From Syncephalis fuscata S228 (Eukaryota; Fungi; Zoopagomycota): DNA of 64,000 nt. The stretch covers positions 930,001 to 994,000 of the forward strand of contig JAHLTZ010000001.1 in the NCBI GenBank assembly GCA_025786725.1, read 5' to 3'. Below the pieces are notes generated by a model. The model had not been told where the DNA came from. It worked only from the letters and a program-made list of their open reading frames with translations, and made no database searches. Below are positions 39,322 through 51,008 of this stretch, piece after piece (positions within the stretch are counted from its first letter, which is position 1; every line of letters begins with the position of its first letter). Position numbers and translations under genes: made by a program.

Positions 39322-39628
39322 TTAAATCCTTTTTGACGGAATTTTCTTTAGTGGCGGCTTATCTGGTTTTGGTTTTGGTTTTGGTTTTGGCTATGGCTAT
39401 TATGGTGATGGTGATGGCGGCCATATATTACGAGGACAAATTGAGTAATCATTGTCACCATCGAGAATTCCCATGCAACTCTACCACTTTTTTTACAGAT
39501 TCGAGCTTCATCAGGAGTGCATTCCCGGCTTTTTGGTTGAGAATTCAGCACTGGGTCGGCGTCTACCGTAGCAACACTAGCCACGTAGATGATGGCAACG
39601 GTACAGATTGCAACTATTGAAAGCTCAT
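39322..39628 (-). CDS. Small secreted Cys/Pro-rich peptide paralog (frameshifted; may be a pseudogene)
   Basis: ATGAG-CTTTCA start lacks 1 nt relative to its neighbour; LSIVAICTVAIIYVASVATVDA|DP signal; CTPDEARIC...SCMGILDGDNDYSICP; CCAAAA repeats encoding PKPKPKP. Confidence 0.5.
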
Positions 39629-41829
39629 GATATTCTGAACCAACAGGATATGCAAGTAAAAGTTTATAAAATATAAAAATGATATAGAAAGCTGAAGATG
39701 AAGTAAGGTGTGCTATAATGTTGCTCAATTTTACGTCTTGAACACGCGCTATTTAAAGCTTTTAAAATTGCAAATAATTCTATGGCATAGCATTCCTTTG
39801 TATGGAGTATGGATGGATGTGCAGTTCCAAGATTGCACAGCTATGCTTGTTACTATGTTTCAGCCGTTTTTTGGGTTAAAATGCCAAGAATCTATTTATA
39901 TAACGGATTAGCACTGTTTATGCTTTATTATATACTTCTAATTCTAATGATATGCACATTATTGGCAAATTGTAATAAATACTAATTACAATCTATATAA
40001 TCCACAGCAGCTGTTTATTTATTTTTTAATATTTCTGCAGCTATAATCGGCAAAATATATTGAATTTTAAATGTTTTGTCAGTATAAGCTAATAGACTTG
40101 AATGTAGTAATACGTCGTTTCAACACATACCATGACTATCCTTTCTATTCAAGTCCAATCCAAAATTAACTTTTATAGTCAAATTATAGCAGTACCATTG
40201 CTTTAGCAGACACTTTTATCTACATGAAATACCAAACTGACACGCCTATCGCTACTTCCATAGACCTAATTATAGAATACGATGTTGTCATTTGTTGGTT
40301 TAGTAAATGCTAAATGTTGATTTATTAACTAGTTATTAATTAAAAGTTATGTTTATTAATTGTTATTGATTCATCTAATTGACTACTAATAACATGGGCG
40401 ATTAGTATTGTATGATAAATAAACCAGTATATGACTATTAATATTAAAGCCACACATTATATATACTATTGTATGCACAGTACTATTGCCGCCATGTCGA
40501 GTGGTATGTCATTAAAATTATTTTTAAAATAAAAACTTACTGTTTATAGCATGGCGTGTAACATGATTTTAATGGAATATTTGTATATACGCTATTTATC
40601 TACCAAGTACTTGTTTAGTTGCTTAGTATGAAATAAATCACGTTATTTTTACCGAGTATATCTATATATATATATTATAATACATAATATAAAACACTGT
40701 AATTGCCTATGTTTGTTAAATTACATCCATAAGCTATAGTAGTAAGCATCCAAGTGAGTAAACAGTATAATATTGTTATTACTTGACCAAATTACATGAT
40801 TTAACGAAGCTCAGTTTAAGCTTCGTTGTACTCTAATTAAGGTTTTCCCATCAGGGTCATTGCATTTATTCTCCATTTAACAGCCGACAGTATTATAAAT
40901 GCCTAATACTGCCAGCAGAACATCAAATAAACACTTTTTACTTCCAATTACTTTTAGCTTATTTTCAGGTTCATGCAGTCGGATTTCTATGTAAATTACT
41001 GATAAAGCTATTTATTAGTAATAAAAATTACTAAGATACTACTTTGATAATTTCTATTAATTCCATTATTTACATTTAACTAAGCCATCTCTATTCCGCT
41101 CTCTCTTATTTGGTTGCTTAGCTCACCTTACAACACCATATATCTGGTTTTGTAACAATATAAAAATTAAATGCAATGATTGTTGTAATCCGTAAAAATA
41201 GTTTATATAAATATCATTTTACAAATACAATATTGTCAGAATAATTGAAAATAAAATTTAAAAACTTTAGTATTCGTGTCCAACTCTTTTTCAATTGACA
41301 TCTTGAACTTTATTATACTTAAATTAAAGCAATGCCCACTCAAATAAATTACATAATTACTTATAAAGGCAGTTTTTTTTATAAATACTATGAATGCCAT
41401 AATAAAATTAAACAATAATATGGATCACTGGAGAACAAGTTCAGTGATTTTTAATGGTCTTATTAATTATTAAAAGGATGGTTTGTGGCAAACATTGCAT
41501 TGCGTACGCGGTCATGATGTACAACAAAATAAGTTTAATGCATAGAATAAATTACATAATATTATAATTAGCAATTAACTATCATTTTCTAATATAATAA
41601 TAGTAGTAATTATACGTCAACAAATTTTAATATCTTATCTGGCACGTTTGTTACACTTACACAGGACTGACAAGACGGTTAAAATTGGTGTCAATTGGTT
41701 ATTTAGTACAGATTATTATGTCAAAAATAATTTACTAATGCTATATATCTAATATAAATAAACCATTAAATTTCAATTAATAAACATCATTTTACAATAC
41801 TCACATTTATAAAATAGCTCTTATTATAC

Positions 41830-42735
41830 AGCACTTATCATCTGAACTCAAAATTCATGCCTGGATACCTCTAGCCGGAAAACGCATTAATAATGGATAT
41901 TCGTGACGATCCGGTAATTGCACTATCAGATTTTGGTCTGGGGCAACCAGTCTCAAATACCGGACCACCATTGACCGCATGTTGCGGTACAATGGGATAT
42001 GTGGCGCCAGAGGTACTGTTGCGCACCATTTTAAGAATGACGCATTGAAGCTCGTAGCTGAGCACAAAGAAGAGTGTCAAGAGGTGGTTGAAATATTTGC
42101 TTCCTGCCAAAATGGTTATGGTAAGGAAGCAGATGCCTGGAGTCTATGTATAGCTTTGTTTTACCTATTAACAAGTAAGTACATAAGTCAAATATAGAAT
42201 AGTATGTATTTATTAATATGTTTAGAGAAATTGCCATACACCAATGGCAATCCTGTTGACTATATTATTGCAATATTTAGTAATGTAGTCAATTTCAGCA
42301 ACACCAATCGTCCAGTTTTAAGCGAAAGCGGTAAGTAACAAATGTTGAATATCAGACAAAACTAACTTTATTATAGCTAAAAATCTAATTTGCGGTCTAC
42401 TCACCATCGATAGTACTAGGCGTTGTATTATCGATGCCGCATTACAGAGTGAGTGGCTGGGTACAGCGCCCAAAAAGGAAGATGGCATTTAGAATGTAAA
42501 TGCCAATACTGTTGTCACTGTCCCTGTGGCAACAGTAGCCACCATCCCAACTGTGGTTGTAGCACCATCACCTAGTAAGCCATCAGCGGTCTTACTACCT
42601 AAAATTACAACTGTACCAAATATTGACCTAATGGTTCCAAAAAGCGTAAAGCGTTTACGCTCTTTTGAGTCATTTGAGAAGAAAAAAGTTAAACGCATTA
42701 AAAAACTATCATTAATATCTATATCCAAATACTAA
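41830..42735 (+). pseudogene. Ser/Thr protein kinase (CAMK-like) C-lobe relic
   Basis: GYL*PEN (degenerate RDLKPEN), LSDFGL, CCGTMGYVAPEVL, GYGKEADAWSL, AKNLICGLLTID..R; in-frame stops; two introns. Confidence 0.85.
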
Positions 42736-42879
42736 CAAAAAAATAGTCATTTGTTTTAATTGATTTTATTCTTATCTTATTTGTACTTGCTTTTAATAAA
42801 ATATGTGTATACTATTATAATCCTTTAAAAATATATTCAAATTAAGTTACATTTGACATAGCTTATTCAATGTCATTAA

Positions 42880-44062
42880 ATTGGCGATAATTAAATAATA
42901 ATACTTTTATTAACAATTTATTAACAATATAATTATGATTTGGGCGCCAAATGAATAAAATTATAACATTTGTGTAATCGAACTAAATATTTGTTCTATT
43001 GAACATGGGGACAAGTGGCGAGTTTTATTTAATCATCACATCATCACATTTGTTGTTTGCTTGGTGGTCAAATGACTAAATTTAATAACATACAATCTAT
43101 TGAACATGATGATGGGTGGTGAGTGACATCAACCATCAAATACTCATCATTGTAGATTTATTATCCAGTATGCATATATTCAGTACATACATATATATAT
43201 CATCACTATGCCTGATTAACATTAAAATCATAATTAATTACATGACCTAGTTTATTTATAAATAATTTAATAAAACATAACTCCGTTCATATTCATATTA
43301 TTTGTTCTATCAATATAACTCAGTGAACAAACTAAGTGCAATATGTCAATTTATTAATAAAAAAGTTGGAATCATACTGACAACGGCTATAGATAGCGTA
43401 TAGCCAATATATAATAAAATGATAAATATTATTATGAATATGCAATATTGAACGAGATTGGCAATGTCAAAGTTATTGAGTATAATGCATGATCAATGAG
43501 CGGAATTAGTCGACATTTATTAATAAAGATAAAACAAAATAAAACAGTTTTGGATAGAGGAGGCAAGGATATAAAATATATAAAATGATAAAGGTACGGT
43601 GAAAAAGTATATAAAACAATGTCAAAGTTACAGTGTGTATAGCGTAACGAGCATAACGAGCAAAGTTTATTGCAGCATATAATGAATAAAATGTACCTAA
43701 TATATCATAAAATGATATATAGTAGTGTGTAACAGAATGGGAATGATATAAAAAATAGGGCATATATACATACTAAATGAAATCTATGATGATGAGTATT
43801 TGATGATTGATGTTGCTTACCACCCATCATCATGTTCAATAGATTGTATGTTATTAAATTTAGTCATTTGACCACCAAGCAAACAATAAATGTGATGATG
43901 TGCTGATTAAATAAACTCACCACTTGCCCATGTTCAATAGATTGAATGTGCAGTTCAATTATACGAATACTGCTATATTTATTCATTTGTTTCAAATTAC
44001 ATTAAATAGTTAATAGATGTTATAAAATAGTTTTATAATAAAATACATAAAATATTTTAAGC
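42880..44062. mobile_element. Non-autonomous long-TIR (foldback/MULE-like) element, copy A
   Basis: ~250-300-bp inverted arms (~42930-43185 vs ~43760-43990), including near-perfect tggtggtcaaatgactaaatttaataacatacaatctattgaacatgatgatgggtgg and its reverse complement. Confidence 0.8.
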
Positions 44063-46281
44063 ACATCATGTAGTCGTTTAATTTAATGAATAACATGGTT
44101 CACATACTTTTATATTACAACTAAAAGGAATATCACACAACACATGCTTATTAGTATAAATAATACAGCTAACTAAACAAATTACTGATATTACTGCTAA
44201 ATAGATAATATATTTGTAGTTGTACTAGCATGCTAACTCATGATTCAAAGAAGTGGCATTGTGACATTGCATTGTCCACAGATGTTATAGAATATAACCA
44301 AAATATCTTTATTAATACAATAAAGATATGGGCCATGGTGAAAAAGAAAAGCTGTTTAAATTCCAGTTTACATATACATCTTTAGCATAAGTAAATAAAG
44401 TCGAAATAATATCGAGTAGAGTGCATAATTTACGTTGGCTCAAGTTTCCAGCAGTGATCATATTAGATTGCTGAAAGTTAGTAATATGTTGATCTTACGA
44501 CCTGTGCATGCTAGTACAGTATGCATAAGCACAATTTTAGCAAACATTCATCAATGCATGTTGTTCCGTATTAGCAAGTGTTCAGTAAAAAAACAATGAT
44601 ATTTACCTTTATAATGGTCACTACGTCGTTTTGTTGCTAAATTTAAATAAATATCTGTAGCATTCAACAGTCTACATGCAATCATAGCAAAACAATGCAC
44701 CAGGAATGGCCTACTTGATGTATGTTGATAACCTGGACTCCCACCCATCAGTGCTGATCTATATGGTCTTCAGCTATCATAATCACGATGCGCTGTGGCT
44801 GCTGTTTTGTCATTGCTTATAACACAAGCAATATCAGAAAACTACTCAGCCAAGCGACATACATGATTAGATAAACAAAACGAACAACCAATAGCACTGA
44901 CCACTTACCCACGTCTAGGCCATCTACATACAAACAAGAAATCTAGAATACAACAATGACAGCGCAATAGACACTGTTACAACACTAAACAGCCAACACA
45001 GCTACACCACCATTCTAGACAGTTAAAGACAACAGCTTAGATAGTAAAAACATTATAAACTTTAAACCAAAGCTGTGCCAATAAAGGTACTTCAACTGTT
45101 AAAAACAATGATGCCACTATGATGGCTGTCTAGCATTGCCCGCAAGCAAGGAGTGTTGATATGCATAATGCTCACCTGAGCGTATATATACGAACACCGC
45201 CATACAATACACAGTGGTCTACAGCATAGATCAAAATGCTTTAGCATCGTGCTGTCGATCTTTCACAGTGGTTTATTCGACTATTTTACTTGCTTTAAAC
45301 AAGTTAAATATGCCAAGCAGTTGTATAGTGTATGGCTTCACAAATAAGCAGTTTACAGTGCGCCATATAAATATTTGAATAATACTAAATATTAAAATTT
45401 AGACATGCATAGAACATTATAATGGGCTTATTAATTAATTGAAAGTAAATATAAAATAAGATATCTAATTAAAATTGCGCATTTCAGTAAGTATGTATAT
45501 TGTATAATCATATGTAATTGTTGTTAATACAGAAGCAAACATTCATTATTCTTTAATGAATCGGATCGGTTAATTACAATAAGAAAAATGAAAGAAGCAA
45601 AATAGACTAGTTTAAAAAGAATTCTATGTGATAGCATGTAACATACGTTTATATTTAGTAAAATGTCATTGCAAAACAGAAAACCATCTGTTTAATTGAA
45701 CATTGCGATGATTCAATAAGATTATATACTAATAAGATGCTTAGGTATACATTATTAAATTTATTTGTTTTATCAACTTTACTAGCTGTTAAACATCTGT
45801 TAAATAAACTTTGTCAAAAATACGTTCATTATTTGCATATAGATGCTAATCAAACTACTTTTAAGAATGACTATTTATATTACTGTGTATACATGCGCAG
45901 TACATTTTTAAATCAGTCAAAGTTAGTGTCATTTACATAGCCTTCAATTTTGACAATCAGTAATTTTAAATATTTGTTTGTACTGATATTAGCCAATAAT
46001 CATGTTCTGATATTTGATCAATAAAGACATCTTAAGCATTTGAAAGAAATACATCAACATATGTCATAAACATTGTAATAGAAAGATGTTTCAGATGTGC
46101 CATGACATACCAGTTGTGCTTGTCAGCTTATTTATTTAATAAAAATATGAGTATTTAAATACAGCATCGCGTATTCATTTACTTTCTAAAATCACCATTC
46201 TTTCTATCGCTATTTCTTCACATATATTGCTTTTATATTGCAATATTATAACAGATTTAGCAATTTGAGTATATATAAGAT

Positions 46282-47211
46282 ATGGATAGCTCAAACAAAT
46301 TTTCTCTTATTTTATTAGTTTTATTAGCTTCTCCCTCTCTATCATTTGTAGTTAAAACTACTACATACTCCGCTGCTAAAGATATTTCTAATAAATCATC
46401 TTCAGTAGCTCAAGTAACAAACACGATCCATGTGCCTGCTCTTGCTTCGCCATTTGTTACGCCTAATAACTCTGTAGGAAGCATATATGAAAAGCTTCCT
46501 ACAGCATGGGCAACATTGAGCGAGGAAAAACAGGAAAAAGCTGTAGCATGGATTGAAGTTATTGATGTCGAAAATACAGGTAAGTAAATATAGTATTAAT
46601 GAGCAATTGACATAACTATCTATTTAAAGAACATCTTTTGAAACACGGAGAAGTATTAATGCTGGCCAAGTTATTTTTAGGTAAGTTGTACAGCGTATAA
46701 AACTAGTACTTTATTATTATAATACTATATCATGATTTGTATTACATAAAAAATATATAAAACCAACAATAGTTGATTTAATTAAACGTAATGCTAATGA
46801 ACCATACCACACAACATTTATTAATACAATGATTTATTTGATTTAGCACAAGTAAAAGTCAAGATAATGAGCAGGCTAATTATTTCTCCATATTTATGGT
46901 AAGTAATATATATTATTTATTAGAATAGCAATAATAACTGTAATTACTATTTAGGAAAATAATGAGATGACATTTAAAGTAGGTAATTGCTATAACAATC
47001 AATAGTAGTACTAACTATGTAATTAGAATCTAATGCGTGAAGAAATCATTGGTAAATACAATTATTAATAGTATACATGGCGTTAACTATGTATTTAGTA
47101 AAGATAGAAAAATTTGGCATAAAATTTCAACCATTATAAAAAATAATAGTTATGGCCCGCTATCTGAACAGGAAGCCAAACATATTTTTAACAAATATTA
47201 AAAGGTGTTAA
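46282..47211 (+). pseudogene. 5' half of a kinase-like gene with hydrophobic N-terminus and many micro-exons
   Basis: MDSSNKFSLILLVLLASPSLS..., a series of GT-AG introns, last exon GPLSEQEAKHIFxQILKGVK (kinase alphaE/subdomain VIa); no downstream catalytic exons seen. Confidence 0.6.
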
Positions 47212-47579
47212 GGTAAGTAATAATTTTAATTAATAATTTGTTACCAACTTTAAATCGTATAGCATTATCTATTTAATTTATTTCTCATTATTTTAGCAGC
47301 CATATAAATTACGGTTTTTTTGTATTTTTAATAAAGTTTTATTTTTATTTTGTAATTAACTGTTTTATTCACAACAATGTGTTTAATAATATCAAATTTT
47401 AGTACAGCGCAATAGTTTTATATATAAATAATACAGTAATGATATGTGTTATACCAATATTCACTGGCGCATAATATTATGATAAGTAAAGATTGCTATT
47501 ACAATATAAATACTGTTTATTGTTAAAAATTACGTTATTATATATTGTTACTCGAGCATAAAAACTAAACATAATATCA

Positions 47580-48380
47580 GTGGCTTATTTAAATAATTAT
47601 TTTATTATTATTATAACATTTTATTAACTATTAATATGATTTGGGGTCGAATGAATAAATTTAATAACATTTGTGTAGCTGAACTACATTTTTGTTCTAT
47701 TGAACACGGGAACAAGTGGTGAGTTTTATTTAATCATTATATTATCACATTTATTGCTTTTTTTTTTGGGGGGGGGCAAATGACTACATATAATAAAGCC
47801 CAATCTGTTGGCATGGAACTAAGTGTAAGTTACATCAATCACCAAAATACTCATCATCATAGATCTATTATCCAGTATGCACATATCTCTAGCTACACAT
47901 ACTATTAACATTCTATACACATGTGAGTTGCGATATACTATCAATAAATCCAGGGCCAAACTGACAGCAATTTATAGATGATATGCATTGTCATATGCTA
48001 AAACAATATGCGGTATATTTAGTATACAGCGATACTTACAAAATCGGCAGTTTGAAGCTATAGTGCATGTCACCAATAAGTGGAATGATTAAAACGCATT
48101 GCAAACTATAATGAATAGAATGCGTTTAGTATACTATAAAATTGCATATAGTAATAAAGTACACAGTAGAAATGATATAATTAGAAAAAGGATATATGCG
48201 TACTGGATAGTAAATCTATGATAATGAACGTTTAATGGCTGATGTCACTCACCATCCAGTTTCATGTTCAATATACCGAATATGTAGGTCAACTACACGA
48301 ATGCTATTAAATGTAATTATTCAAGCTCCATTGCATTAGATTTCTGATAAGTTGCTTAGTAATAATTTAATAAATTTAAT
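47580..48380. mobile_element. Long-TIR element, copy B
   Basis: 47633-47890 is collinear with the left arm of copy A (tttgttctattgaacac..aagtggtgagttttatttaatc..tactcatcatcatagatctattatccagtatgc); inverted partner at 48190-48330. Confidence 0.75.
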
Positions 48381-49444
48381 ACAAATCACATTCCAAATAA
48401 ACTAGTGTTATTATCAACTACATACATAACGCTGGTGTGCTATATCAAATATAAAAGATTATAATGTTTAGTAATACAATACAACTCAGGTAAATAAATG
48501 ATATTCTACAGCTACCAGTATTTTAGTTTTATTGATTTTGCAATAACGTAAACAACTTGTTTATACAAATGCTAACTGTTGAAATAGTTATAAGAAATTG
48601 ACCGTATTTGCTAATGCTATAGTCAAAATAAATATGATACCACGATGGAAATCAATGAGATATGACAATGCTTATGATGTGATATACCGATAAAACGGTA
48701 TATACATAGCTGATGTATATGCAATAGGTAACAACATGCCATCTAAATTATGGCTTGCTGTCTAGTATGCGATTGGTTTTAATTAATAAATACCAATATC
48801 ATTAATGTCAGCAATAACAAAATGCTGCATACTAGCTTATTATTACAGCTATTGCTATACACGCAAATAAACAATACACTACTGTAATTGCTTGATGTTT
48901 GAACAGCTGTTATTGACAACTAGCTGTTACTAACACATTGGCAATGTAGATATAGTTGGCATTGTTGGACATACTACAGATTTGCGCTAGCTGTGCTTAA
49001 TACAAAATAGCACCACTGGTACTGGGAAGTAACAAATAAAAGTATAGTAACTGCTGCTTAGTATGCTTGTAAAGTTGGTAGCAGCTAGTCGACATTAATG
49101 ATGACTAATACTAATACGCACTAATAGGTTGCACATGTTAGATGCTGTGTTAGCAAAAAATGTGTTAAGCAATCTACAGTTGTTGAAGTATATGCTAGTG
49201 GACATGCAACAGCTAGCATTATTTTTGCTATTCATTTTATCAAATACGTGTCAGCAACCATTATGTATCGAATAATATCAATCTTGTAGTATATGTATGT
49301 ATACTACTAATGGATGTTAACAGACCAACCATATTATTAACAAAACTAGCTAGGTCATAAATAAATGATAAATATCAACAAAAGTTTTGACTGTTTAATA
49401 ATTATAGTTAATTAACTATACATTTTTTACTAGTATTTATGTGT

Positions 49445-49798
49445 GCTTTTCTAATTAATCAAGAAATTTCACCGATTTTTAATTCCATCAGTAATATAGC
49501 TATAAATACATAATCCATTCATTATGACCGCATAGTCTTGGAACATCGACACATATAAGTTATATATTTTTGAAAAATCATGGAAAGGTGCTAACAATTA
49601 AAAGTGCTTAAAAGTGCCATTTTAATAATAATATTACTGTTTTTATTTCCAGCGCCTTTTCACAATTTTTCAAAAATACATAATTATATTCATCGATGCT
49701 CCAAGATTATGCGGCATAATGAATGACATTATGTATTTATAGCTATATTACTGATGGAATTAAAAATCAGTAAAAGTTGCTTAGTTACTAAAAAAAGC
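49445..49798. repeat. ~350-bp near-complete palindrome (second MITE-like family)
   Basis: gatttttaattccatcagtaatatagctataaatacataat is perfectly inverted at ~49727-49768; pairing continues almost to the centre. Confidence 0.85.
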
Positions 49799-50689
49799 TG
49801 TAATAGCCTCCCTTTGCCATTTGATAATACAAGCCCACACAAATACTAATAAAAATGTAGTAATCAATTAACTATTTAATAACTAGCCAATTACAGCTTT
49901 TGTTAATATTTACCATTTGTTTGTGTTGCCTAGCTAGTCTTGTTAATGCTATGACTAGTCTATTAATAGCCACTAGTAGTATATGATCATGTATTGTAAT
50001 TTTAATATTACTTAATATACAATGATTATCGATATGTATTCTAATCGCAATCAACCGCAACGAAGCTGTTATCCATTTCATAGTTATGTCGATATAATTA
50101 ATCGTTGTTAATACGTGTGCATTAACACTTTAACAACTGCATGATACTGTATATTACCTAGATATATGTTTGCTAATACTGCAGTTAACATGCGTATTTT
50201 GCTGGCGTGCATTAACATTGATTGCTAAAAATGCCAGTTGAACATTGTCAACAACTCTGTAACTATAACGAGCAGCAGTTGCCGTATTTGTATCTACCAA
50301 TCGACACCGCCATTGCTGCTGCTTCCATCTATTGTTGAATGGCCATGTATATAGATGTCAACTGTTTAGAATGTCATTTATATTGTAATGTCTAACTTGG
50401 TTACAAGCATTGGCAAATACAGCCACTTTCTTGTAATATTTACCATTCAACGCACTTTTAAATAAATAGCTTTATTACGAAAACAACAAAAATAGAACAT
50501 CCAGTAGCTTTGGCACACCATTCAGTTATTAAGCCATATTACATTATTATCATATTACAATTATTTACATTCTATATAACTATACGCACACTAGTCATTT
50601 TGATAAAAATAACATAATTTTGTTTTGTTTATTATGCTAGTCTATTACACCACTATTAAACAGTTTAATGTTTGTTTGATAGCCAAATG

Positions 50690-50820
50690 ATCAAGTTCAA
50701 TGCTAATTGCACAGTTGAACTAGACATTTACTTTATTGAGCGTGGAAATGGATGTCAAGTGACATCAGTCATTAAAATATGTATTATCATATATTTATTA
50801 CTCAGTATGCATATATCATA
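50690..50820 (+). repeat. Solo diverged arm of the long-TIR family
   Basis: ccaaatga..gaactagacattt..tattgagcgtgg..gtgacatcagtcattaaaata..atcatatatttattactcagtatgcatatat. Confidence 0.6.
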
Positions 50821-51008
50821 ATAATAATAGAGCCACAGTATCAAAATAAGTAATCGTTTTATTGTGAGATAACGGTAATGATATAATTGAAGTGAAGAAC
50901 AGAATAAACAACTTATTATTATTTAATACTTGGAGTAGTAGTAGTCATGAAAAAATATGAGCAATAACAGTGATAGCGCTATTTTAGTAATTAAAAACAT
51001 CGTATTAT

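Noticed and set aside
40803-40827. Small hairpin aacgaagct..agcttcgtt
   Set aside because: 9-bp stem, isolated, compatible with chance
42930-48330. Repeats as a CRISPR array
   Set aside because: Eukaryotic DNA; the repeats are long, inverted and dispersed, with no regular spacers or cas genes
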